This document shows positions 52,483 through 61,913 of a stretch of DNA of 64,000 nt, one piece after another. The stretch spans positions 1-64,000 of the IMG/VR virus record IMGVR_UViG_3300008448_000014; one strand, 5' to 3'. The first letter of the stretch is position 1; each line of letters starts with the position of its first letter. The position numbers and the translations under genes were made by a program. The stretch is from a virus. Below the pieces are notes generated by a model. That model made no database searches. It was not told where the DNA came from and saw nothing but the letters and a program-made list of their open reading frames with translations.

Positions 52483-52670
52483 AATTCAAGAATTAATAAC
52501 CTAATTGTTCTAAAGATAACTTATCAGCTGTCACCTCGTATACTCCTTTTGTTATTTTACAATCAAACCAAATTTTAAATTCATTTGCTTTTTGTTTAAA
52601 CTGATAAAAAGCTGTGGGTTGCATTTTAATTTTTTTCATGTGTTCTATGTTTAATTTGTGATTAAGTGTT

Positions 52671-52706
52671 AAAAAATCCCTACACACTTGAGACATGTGT
52701 AGGGAA
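52671..52706 (-). terminator. strong intrinsic terminator closing the candidate ncRNA
   Basis: TCCCTACACA-loop-TGTGTAGGGA-TTTTTT on minus strand. Confidence 0.85.
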
Positions 52707-53300
52707 ATGGTAAAATTTTACATTCAAAGAATGCAAGCCTCATATGTATGAGCACTTATCAGTTAGTTGTGTATAAGTTAATCAAACCAATGATTACTAT
52801 TTTAGCACCTTCTTTCTTATATAAACTGCCTATTATGGTACCTAAATATAAGAGTAAGGTCACGTAGTTTATTGTAATAAGAAGTAAATGTTTCATTACA
52901 TCCCAATAGAACTACTTGCTGAGAACTCATTACGTGAGTGTGGAGCCATTCATTATCCACCATAACTAGCACTTTCCTTTCTCAAGGGAACTCACGTTCT
53001 AGGATTACTCCTTGCTACTCTATAGGGTTCTTATGGTTTCCTATTTCACATCTCTCTGGCAATTCAGGATTAGTATCTTTATGTAAATAACAACTTCATA
53101 GATGCTACGTTAACTGTAGAGAAGTTTAATCATCATTTTTATTTACAAACCATCAATGTTTAGGGCTAACTTCTATCAGATTATCAGTTCTGACGCTTTA
53201 CACAGCTTAGCTATTGTTTGAGAGTTTTTCATTACAACTCACAAGTGTTGACTTTTCTTCAGTCACCAATAGCACCCATTTAACCTTGGGTACACCAGGA
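52707..53300 (-). ncRNA. candidate large structured non-coding RNA (~600 nt), family unassigned
   Basis: No ORF >=60 aa inside it, visibly more G/C than the flanks, many nested helices with GNRA loops, followed by a terminator. Confidence 0.7.
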
Positions 53301-53304
53301 TTTA

Positions 53305-53658
53305 TTATTCTTCTAACAAAGCAGCTTGTTTTCTTAAGAAATCTAGCTTAGCATTGTGTAATTCAAGAGCTTCTTCAGCATCAACTAATTTGTTTTGAGC
53401 TAATAATAAATTAGAAATATAATAATTTCTATCAGTGATTAAATTACCATTGTTTAATCTAGCAAGTCTTAATGACTCTTTTGCTTCTTCTACAGCATCT
53501 TCTAAAGATATAGTATCTCCTGTTAATGATGCAATTTGTGTTTTGAAAGCTGAATCAGCTTGTCTTAAGATTTTTTGTGCTGTTGCTTCTGCATCATCTC
53601 CTTTAAGTAAACAAACAATTTCTGTTACAAATGATTTTACAATTTTTTTAGTTGTCAT
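53305..53658 (-). CDS. coiled-coil hypothetical protein
   Basis: Heptad-rich ORF just upstream of the candidate ncRNA. Confidence 0.6.
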   Translation of the reverse strand: MTTKKIVKSFVTEIVCLLKGDDAEATAQKILRQADSAFKTQIASLTGDTISLEDAVEEAKESLRLARLNNGNLITDRNYYISNLLLAQNKLVDAEEALELHNAKLDFLRKQAALLEE

Positions 53659-53663
53659 GATTT

Positions 53664-54953
53664 TTAAAATTTAAATTTGTTATTAATTGTTTTTGTGCTT
53701 AATTTAACACTAACAGAATGCACATTTTCTATTAGTGGTTTTGTTTTTACTGTTTCATATGAATCATGTACATATACAGAGGATTCTTTTTTAATAATAT
53801 CATATACATCTATAGGATGTACATTATCATAAAATTGTTGAAGAGTTATTTCTGTATACCCAACTGGAACACTATTATTCCAATGTGTATATGTTCCATC
53901 ATGTGCATCAGAAAGTAACCAACCTGTAAAAGCAATACTTTGTTCAAAAAAGTTAGGTTGTCTTTTTCTCCATTTATTTAATACTTCTTGATTACTTGAT
54001 GTAATTTTTAAACACCATTTCTTTGGTAATATAGATAAAGTGGCTACAAACTGAGCATCATATGCTTCTTTAGAAGAAGGTTTGAAACAATCTTTTTCTT
54101 TTCTTACTTGTTGACCACCTTTACCATCTCTTTTATCAAATTGTAGCCTAAAATAACCATTATTAACATCAAAAGAATCAATTTTATATATTCTTCCTTT
54201 TTTAGTAATATTCCAACCATAAGGTACTTCAATACATTCTACATATTCAGGAATACTAATAGATGTATCTACAGAAACTTTATCAGAAACTAGTTCCCAC
54301 TTTGATAAATCTAGTGGATTTTGTATAATCATACCATTATTACCTTTAGGAGTTGTATTTAAAACATAAGTTTTTAATCTTTCTAATAAAATTTTAACTG
54401 TTTCACCTTTTTTCAGACCTGTATTATCAGGATTATCAAATAAAGCTTTAATAGTTCTTCCATTGTAACTTTCAGATGTTGTTTTACCAAGAAAATCTTT
54501 AGATAAAACTACACTTGTATAATAAAAACTGTGATGATTTTTTCTAGCTACTGTCCATTCTTTTCTTGTTCTATTAAACCCAACAAAATACCATTCAGTA
54601 TTGGCAGTTTTAGTAGCATACTTATAATAATTAGGATTAATATTTTCTTCTTTTGATTCTAAATAATCAAATACTTTTTTAGAATCAGTCTCAGAGCTAC
54701 ACTCTATTAATAAATTTCTATCTATATTTTCCATACTAACTGTTTTTGTTACAAATTTAGATAATTCTTCCCACTTATATTCAGTTTTTGAAGAACTTTG
54801 ACAAAACCAATAAAATTTACTGTTCCAACCAACAAAAATAGCATATGTACTTATAATTTCATTAGATGTTCTATTTTCTTTTAAATATGTTATTAAATCA
54901 TTTTGGTTTTTTCCATCAAATTTAAAACAACCTTGAATTGGAAACTCTTTCAT
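53664..54953 (-). CDS. mosaic hypothetical protein
   Basis: 429-aa ORF made of several small domains. Confidence 0.6.
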   Translation of the reverse strand: MKEFPIQGCFKFDGKNQNDLITYLKENRTSNEIISTYAIFVGWNSKFYWFCQSSSKTEYKWEELSKFVTKTVSMENIDRNLLIECSSETDSKKVFDYLESKEENINPNYYKYATKTANTEWYFVGFNRTRKEWTVARKNHHSFYYTSVVLSKDFLGKTTSESYNGRTIKALFDNPDNTGLKKGETVKILLERLKTYVLNTTPKGNNGMIIQNPLDLSKWELVSDKVSVDTSISIPEYVECIEVPYGWNITKKGRIYKIDSFDVNNGYFRLQFDKRDGKGGQQVRKEKDCFKPSSKEAYDAQFVATLSILPKKWCLKITSSNQEVLNKWRKRQPNFFEQSIAFTGWLLSDAHDGTYTHWNNSVPVGYTEITLQQFYDNVHPIDVYDIIKKESSVYVHDSYETVKTKPLIENVHSVSVKLSTKTINNKFKF

Positions 54954-56837
54954 AACTCTTGTTTTACATATCTAGAAATTCTTTTATATGTCAAAGAGTT
55001 ATAACTCTGTAACACAACCAATGCTTTACAACAAGCATATTGTAATGGATTAGTAGAAGCAACTACTTGTCCTACTACCACTTTTGCTGGAATTCTTGGT
55101 CTACCTTTCTTCATCTTTTTTCTTGTTAAGAGAAAATCCAAATATCACAGGAGCAACAATAGGTGCTAATATAAAACAAATAATATCATTCCATGACCAA
55201 TCTTCTAAATGGTCATACTCATTTAATAATATTCCAAATACTATTAAATAACAAACTATACAATATAACATAATTTTTAAATTTTTAAATTAAACATCTT
55301 CTGCTTCATCAGCAAACATCATATCCCAATCTTCATCAGTGTTACCACTGATTATAAATTCTCTTTCACTAGCATTAAGCTTAGTAAATACATCTTGAGC
55401 TAATTCACCTTGTTCCCAACGTGAAATCTGCTCTGGTGTAACATTTAAATCTTTACTTCTTGTTACACCAAATACAGAGGTTCTAGTTATTATCATACTC
55501 CTATTAATTTATTTAAATGTCCTTCTTCAATTAATTTTGATAACACTTTTTCATCTTGATTGTTTAAATCATTAAGTTGACTAACAAGTCTTATTCTATC
55601 ATGAGTGATATTATCACCATATATAGTTTTAACTTTATTACCTAATTCTATTAATTCTGACCAATTACGTTCATCTATTGGATTGAAATTATTATCAACC
55701 CATCTTCCATTAACAATTCTCATATTTTTCTATTTTTTGTTTGTACAATAATATAATTTGTTCTTGTAATAATATTCTTTCTTGGTAACTACTAATAAGT
55801 CTATTATTAACATCATTCAAATCTTTTAATATTTGATTTTGTTCTTCTAATGCTTTTGTATATTCTTCCATAATGTTATTTTAGCTTACAGATTGTAACC
55901 ATTTTTGTTTATATAGTTATAATCTGTAAGCAGTTTTTGTTAATACTTGCAAATTAAAAAATTTTAAACTAGCTTTGAGCAAGCTTTGAGCTATAAAAGT
56001 ATTGGAACAATATAACACATATCTAATAATAGACATATACACAGAGCAATACTTAATTCTTTTCTTGTTCCTTTAAAGTTAGGAATTACAAATAATGTTA
56101 TCATAAGTCTATTAGTTTTGCTTCATCTCTTGATAACCATTTAATAGAATACCCATATTCTTTAAGATGATCAAAAGGTAAACCATCTCTTTCACTTTCT
56201 GTTTCCATACCATATAGGAGAGAATCAATAAATTGTTCTTCATCATCATAATTAAGTGAATAATTAGGATATACTTCTGATATATTATCAGCAATAGATA
56301 TTTCTACTAAAACTGTTAGTTTTTTCATATAATGCTATATTATTATGGGATTAAATCTTCCCAATTAATACTCTTTATTTTATGTTGCTCATTAGCTAAA
56401 TAATCATCTTCATCTTTTAATTGTATAATAGCTGAATATAATTCATCAACATTAGCTTTTGACATTGGTTTATTAAACATAATACCAACCATATCCTCCA
56501 TTCTTTGTAATGTAATTGTTTCTTTTACTTTTGCCATGTGTTTCAAGTTTTAATTTATTACTATTTTTATTCATCTACAGAATTTAAATACACTGTATCT
56601 CCATTTGTAGTTAATTGTAATTTCCTAATACCATCTGCAGGTATATCTTTATCAAGTCCTTCCCATTCAAATTTAATATTTGATTTAAGGTTTTCATTAG
56701 TGTTGCTCAAGATATATTCATTAGTAATATAACCACCAACAGCCATACCAAAAAATAATCCACTAATCCATACCCAAATTAAGGAATAATCTATTTTTTT
56801 CATATAATTTTATTTGTTTGTTATTTAAAATTTTTTA

Positions 56838-57029
56838 TTAATAACAATAAAAATCACCAACTTTATAAATTAATGAATTAATATATATAATTGTATTATT
56901 TTCTAATGTTAAATAATGACCTGATTCTTTAGATTCAACTTTTGTAATTTTTAAACAATCTTGTGTGTCTTCTATTGTACAACTTGATAAAGTAAATGAC
57001 AATATAAATAATATTATTATTTTTTTCAT
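56838..57029 (-). CDS. putative lipoprotein
   Basis: MKKIIILFILSFTLSS-C. Confidence 0.6.
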   Translation of the reverse strand: MKKIIILFILSFTLSSCTIEDTQDCLKITKVESKESGHYLTLENNTIIYINSLIYKVGDFYCY

Positions 57030-57082
57030 TGTTATTTTATTTAATATAATCAGTCAATCCAGCACTACCTGTAATTGACTGA

Positions 57083-57376
57083 CTAAAGTTTTGTTATTAA
57101 ATTTAATGCTTTTTCATGTCCTTCAAGAGCATCTTTGTGTGATGTATATCTCTCTTGATATTGATCGTGTTCTCCTCCAAATATCATAGTTTCCCATAAC
57201 ACTGGTATTTCACTATTCCAACTATGGTTAAGACCTAGGAATACAGTAGATACAAAAACTGTATCAATATGATCTTTAGCTACAGTTTTTATTATACCAC
57301 CATCTGACCATTTTAAATAGTCATGAACATCAATTGCCTTAACAGGTTTATTGTTTTCATCTAATTTGTACCACAT
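57083..57376 (-). CDS. conserved phage protein
   Basis: VSTVFLG...WETMIFGG...ALEGH pattern. Confidence 0.6.
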   Translation of the reverse strand: MWYKLDENNKPVKAIDVHDYLKWSDGGIIKTVAKDHIDTVFVSTVFLGLNHSWNSEIPVLWETMIFGGEHDQYQERYTSHKDALEGHEKALNLITKL

Positions 57377-58482
57377 AATTTTGTTATTTAGTCAGTTAAT
57401 AATTTGTTTTAAAAATCATCTGCTACACCATTGTAAGCAAATGTACCATCCATAGAACATTCATCATACCAATCATTATAAGACATAACTGGTTTTCTAA
57501 TGATTTTATTCTTGTTATATATTCTTTTAAAAGAAGCAAAATCTTGTTGAGCTAACTCTGATATAATTAAATACCAATCAGCATCAACTCTCTTTGGTCT
57601 TTTAATACTATGCACCTCAAGTGCATACAATGACAATAGTCTTCTCATATCATGAATAGAACATCCATGATTAATGAGAAAACTAAATACACCACTATCT
57701 ATTTTAATCTTTTTCATAACTATACCTCAGTTATATTAATTAAAGAACAAAACCATACTTCTTTATTACTATTATTCTGTATAAGAATATTATTAGAGTA
57801 TTTATTAGCTCTCTCTATCAACTCTCCATCTAAATACATAGGAAGAGGAATATTAAACAATAATACAGTCCATTCATCTCTATTCCATCCTATAACAGGT
57901 ATAAGAGGAGAAGAATGACTAATAGATCCATTACTAAGTTGTGTAGTCATATAAGACCCATCTATAATCCTAACTTGTGTTCCTTTTGTTATCATAATGC
58001 TATATATATCTGATTAAAATTTGATTTTTGTTGTTTATTTTTGACCTGTTTGATTGCAGAATGGTCTACACTGCTCTTATTTTACCCACACAAACACATA
58101 ATATTTTAGTCTATGTATATCTATTTTACATCATTCTATATGTATTCTCTTACAAAAACATACAATTTAGTATAATAAGTGAACTTTTACCCCTATGTAA
58201 ATACAAACTTTTTTCACATTATTCTCTCAATATGTATATATATGCTAATTTGGTATACATACTCCTTATTATGTATATATATATATATTAAGGTATTTAT
58301 TTATTTGTTTTAATAAACATATATAATAGTAATAACATTCCTAATATCATAAAGACTACATCATTCATTAGTAATAATGATATACATATAAATAGTATAA
58401 ATAATAATTGTTTCATTTGCTTTCTTTGTTTTTTAAATTACCCACCCTGAACAAGTTCTTTTCCCACCACTATATATAATAA

Positions 58483-58504
58483 CAGGCTCAAATTAATGAG
58501 CCTG
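58483..58504 (-). terminator. hairpin/terminator after the first leftward gene
   Basis: CAGGCTC-AAATTAAT-GAGCCTG. Confidence 0.55.
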
Positions 58505-58520
58505 CTATTGTATTACAATA

Positions 58521-59036
58521 TTACATTGCAATAAGGTCTTCCAAATTAATGGCAACACTTTCAAGTTTCTTGTTAAGCATTTCTTCTGTAATACTAACAC
58601 GAGTTTTTGACATATCTTGTCCACCTTGGTTAGAGATTGTGTAAATAACAAGAGGTTTCATTTCTCCTGTTTCTTCGTCTGCTACCATAATTGGCTTACC
58701 AAAGTTAGGAGATGTTTCATCTCTGTCTACTTGTGGTAATTCAAGAATTGGTAACAAAGCAAGATTAGCAAGTTTTTTTTGTAGTTCATTTTCTGATTTA
58801 GAAGAACGTAAATCAGCACTTAATGGGTCAGAACAATTAACGTAAACACGTTGTCCTTTTGCATTATAGATTGCAATAGTAACACGATTAAGTTTACCTG
58901 TCTTTTCATTAAGCACTCCTTTGAAGTTCTTCTTGCTTGATAGTTCGTGGTAACCACCTATTCCTGCATACTCTGCAACTGTACCAATAGTTTTTAATGT
59001 GCTCTCTTGTTGAGCAACGTCTTTAAATTGTAACAT
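58521..59036 (-). CDS. hypothetical protein, first gene of the leftward arm
   Basis: 171-aa ORF flanked by non-coding DNA. Confidence 0.7.
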   Translation of the reverse strand: MLQFKDVAQQESTLKTIGTVAEYAGIGGYHELSSKKNFKGVLNEKTGKLNRVTIAIYNAKGQRVYVNCSDPLSADLRSSKSENELQKKLANLALLPILELPQVDRDETSPNFGKPIMVADEETGEMKPLVIYTISNQGGQDMSKTRVSITEEMLNKKLESVAINLEDLIAM

Positions 59037-59342
59037 AATTTCTAATTTTTAAATTGTTTTTATAATAGAGATAATACTCACGTTGTTAAAAGGGTTTTGG
59101 GATGGAGTTTGTTTTATTTCACAAAATAGCATTCCAACCATAAGATTTGCACAAGTGATGTGCAATGTGTGGGGAGTACCCCAACTACTCAAATTGTATG
59201 GGGGGTCTTGATATGGAGTAACCCACCTTCTCACACATATGATGGCCTTCAAAATTTTGGGAAAAAAATTTTTTTGCATTTTGAAAAAACACATGGCAAA
59301 AAATATTCCTTTAAAAGTTTGGGAGAGATATAATTTTATATC

Positions 59343-59350
59343 TATATTTG
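59343..59350 (+). promoter_or_regulatory. -7 promoter element TATATTTG for the rightward arm
   Basis: TAnnTTTG match 27 nt before ATG 59378. Confidence 0.6.
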
Positions 59351-59377
59351 TGAGAATTATTTAAAACCAATTATATA

Positions 59378-59743
59378 ATGTTAGTACAAAAACTAAAAAA
59401 GGATGTAGTGGATGAGTTTCAACTTGCTGAAAAGTATTATGGAATCTTGTCTATTATAAACTCTCTTCAATTAACAGAAAGAGAAATACAGCTTATTGCT
59501 TTTACAGCTATAAGAGGTAATATATCTAATATGAATTATAGAGAAGAGTTTTGTAAAAGGTATAATACAACAAGTCCTACAATTAATAATATTGTTAGTA
59601 AGCTTAAAAGGATTGGTGTGTTTGTTAAAACAGAGGATAAAGATTCTTCCTACCCAAAGAAGATTAGAGTTAATCCCTCTATTGCTTTAGATTTTAAAAA
59701 GGATTTAATGTTAGCTATAAGTTTAAAACATGTTATCAGTTAG
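59378..59743 (+). CDS. winged-HTH DNA-binding protein
   Basis: LTEREIQL...TINNIVSKLKRIG..VK...VNP. Confidence 0.6.
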   Translation: MLVQKLKKDVVDEFQLAEKYYGILSIINSLQLTEREIQLIAFTAIRGNISNMNYREEFCKRYNTTSPTINNIVSKLKRIGVFVKTEDKDSSYPKKIRVNPSIALDFKKDLMLAISLKHVIS

Positions 59744-60077
59744 AGAAACAATTATAAAACAATTAGCTATTAATAAAATAGCAGATAAATTAATTTCTGA
59801 GAAGATTATTGATAAGGTTATTTCTCATCAATTTGATTCAGCTCTTAAAGCTACAGTAAAACATAATTCTGTTGAGATTTCTGGGTTTGGAAAGTTTTCT
59901 TTTAATCAGAAAAAAGCAATTAAACAAATGACAAAGTATAATGAGCAAATAGTTTATTATACAGAAAAATTAAATAGTAGTGATTCTGATGCAGAGAAAA
60001 GAAATTTAAGTATGAGAATTAATACAACTTTGCAAAATATAGAAGTGTTAAAATTAAAAATTAAATCTGATGAGTAA
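59730..60077 (+). CDS. HU/IHF-like DNA-binding protein
   Basis: SVEISGFGKF motif. Confidence 0.65.
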   Translation: MLSVRETIIKQLAINKIADKLISEKIIDKVISHQFDSALKATVKHNSVEISGFGKFSFNQKKAIKQMTKYNEQIVYYTEKLNSSDSDAEKRNLSMRINTTLQNIEVLKLKIKSDE

Positions 60078-60315
60078 ATTAGGAGAGATTGCTGAAGGAT
60101 GGAAAAACAACTTGACACCAGAAAGTATGTTAGATCCACACATTGTAGAGGTGTCTAAAAAAAGAATGTCTATATGTCAAAACTGTGAACACATTTCTAC
60201 AAAGCATAAGGGATTAAGACCAGATGTACATTGTGTAGAATGTGGTTGTACATTGTCTGCGAAGACAAAATGTTTGTCTTGTGAATGCCCTAAAGAAAAA
60301 TGGTTAGCTGAATAA
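60070..60315 (+). CDS. Cys-rich Zn-binding protein
   Basis: R..IC..C...CVECGC...K...CPKEKW. Confidence 0.7.
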   Translation: MSKLGEIAEGWKNNLTPESMLDPHIVEVSKKRMSICQNCEHISTKHKGLRPDVHCVECGCTLSAKTKCLSCECPKEKWLAE

Positions 60316-60323
60316 TTATAAAT

Positions 60324-61581
60324 ATGGAAAAGAATAGAATAATATTGAGAAAGATTCCTATAGAGATGGTGATAGAATTATTAGATTCTTTGTATGAAGC
60401 AGGTTATGATTATTTTGATATAAAAGGTAGTGCAGGAGAAGAACAGGATATTATTCAGATTTTTATAAAGCCTGAATATTTTTCTGAAGAAATAGAAGAA
60501 GAAGATGTCCCTAGAAAGCTTTCTGATGAAGATTTAAATCAATTGATATGAAAAGTTATTATAATAGAAGCCTGATTGTACTAGAAAGAATAAAAAAGTT
60601 TATTCCTAACATCACTTTAGGAAAACATTTTGCTACAGCCTTAGAAGACTGTAACATAGAAAATATTTCAGATAAAGATTTATTTATTAAATTAAATGAC
60701 TATCTTAGCACGCTAGAAAGTGATGTCCCTCATTGCCAAGATCTTGAACAGATTATAAAGGAAGGCCTTGATTTAAATCACATTTTAGATAGTGAAGAAT
60801 AGAAATATATAATAAACTACATAATGGAAAACCAAGATTTAAGGTGGAATGAAATAACAAATTCATTTTATACATGGAATCAAATGACTTTTACAAAAGA
60901 AGATATAACAATTCCTTATTTTTGTAATGGTGAAAGATTTGGAACATTTAGAAGAGCACATTTAAATGGTATGCAAGAATTTCTTTGTTCTGATGGTGAA
61001 GATGTTTATCATTCACAAGAGGAAAGAAGAAGAGAAAGATTTAGAAAGCAGGAATTAGCATTTAAAAATAGACTTGCTGCAGACTCTGAAGAACAACTTA
61101 GATACAATGCTGTAGTAGATAGCATTGTTAATTATAAAGACCATAAGGAATATAAATATAAAACTAGTTTTAAATATAGAATGTTAAAGTTTTTTAAATT
61201 AGCTAAATAATGGAAAATACACATGAGTTTAAAACTGTACATGATCCTTTATTTTGTGAAGAAGGAGATATTCCTTTTGATGTACATTTAGTAAATAAAG
61301 ATGGTAGTAAATTTGTAACTATTCAAGAAGAATTTCATAATCCTAAAGATGTACCAGCTTGTAATCCAGAAAATACTTGTGAAGTGATACAAGACTTTTT
61401 AAAAGAAGGTGAAGATGATAAATTCTATACATTTCGAGCAATGCAACAAAGTTATTACGAAGAAATATATCAATGTCAAAATAGAATAGAGTCTTATAAA
61501 AAGAAAATCAAAGCGGAGATTCAAGATATAATAGCTTACAAACAAAAATTGGATGAAGCATTTAACCAATATTTAGAATAA
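60324..61581 (+). CDS. four hypothetical proteins (60324-60551, 60548-60802, 60824-61210, 61210-61581)
   Basis: Closely packed ORFs before the terminases. Confidence 0.6.
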
Positions 61582-61913
61582 TGGCAGTAAAGAAGAATAC
61601 ATATGTATCAGCTGAGTTAGATTGGGCAGAACAACAGCTTTCTTCTTGGAAAGAATATGTTGATGCTAATCCTTTACATTTGTTAAAAGATAGGATAGAG
61701 TGGAAACCTACAGCTAAGGGAGGAATGCTTCCAATGGTTATAGCTTCTATTGAAAGTCAAGGTAAATTTGTACAAGAGACAATGAAGAACTATTTAGCTC
61801 TTCTTGAACAAGTTGATAAGCTACGTGAAAAAGAAGAAGCTAAAACAGTACCTGTAAGAGGAGATGTACAACTTGGAAGTATGGCTGAAGATTTCTTAAA
61901 AAGAAGAACATAA
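61581..61913 (+). CDS. putative terminase small subunit
   Basis: Helical protein coupled directly to TerL, ending in VRG. Confidence 0.5.
   Translation: MAVKKNTYVSAELDWAEQQLSSWKEYVDANPLHLLKDRIEWKPTAKGGMLPMVIASIESQGKFVQETMKNYLALLEQVDKLREKEEAKTVPVRGDVQLGSMAEDFLKRRT

Noticed and set aside
52707-53300. tmRNA, RNase P RNA, tRNA cluster or group II intron
   Set aside because: No tRNA-like ends or T-arm. AAGGAAAGUG only loosely resembles the RNase P motif and lacks its 3' partner. No domain V hairpin seen.
13633-58291. Plus-strand ORFs in the replication/accessory block (e.g. 43069-43500, 58028-58291)
   Set aside because: Antisense shadows or low-complexity AT-rich frames, mostly with non-ATG starts.
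59049-59294. 81-aa minus-strand ORF in the divergence region
   Set aside because: Atypical composition and overlap with G/C-run elements; more likely non-coding.
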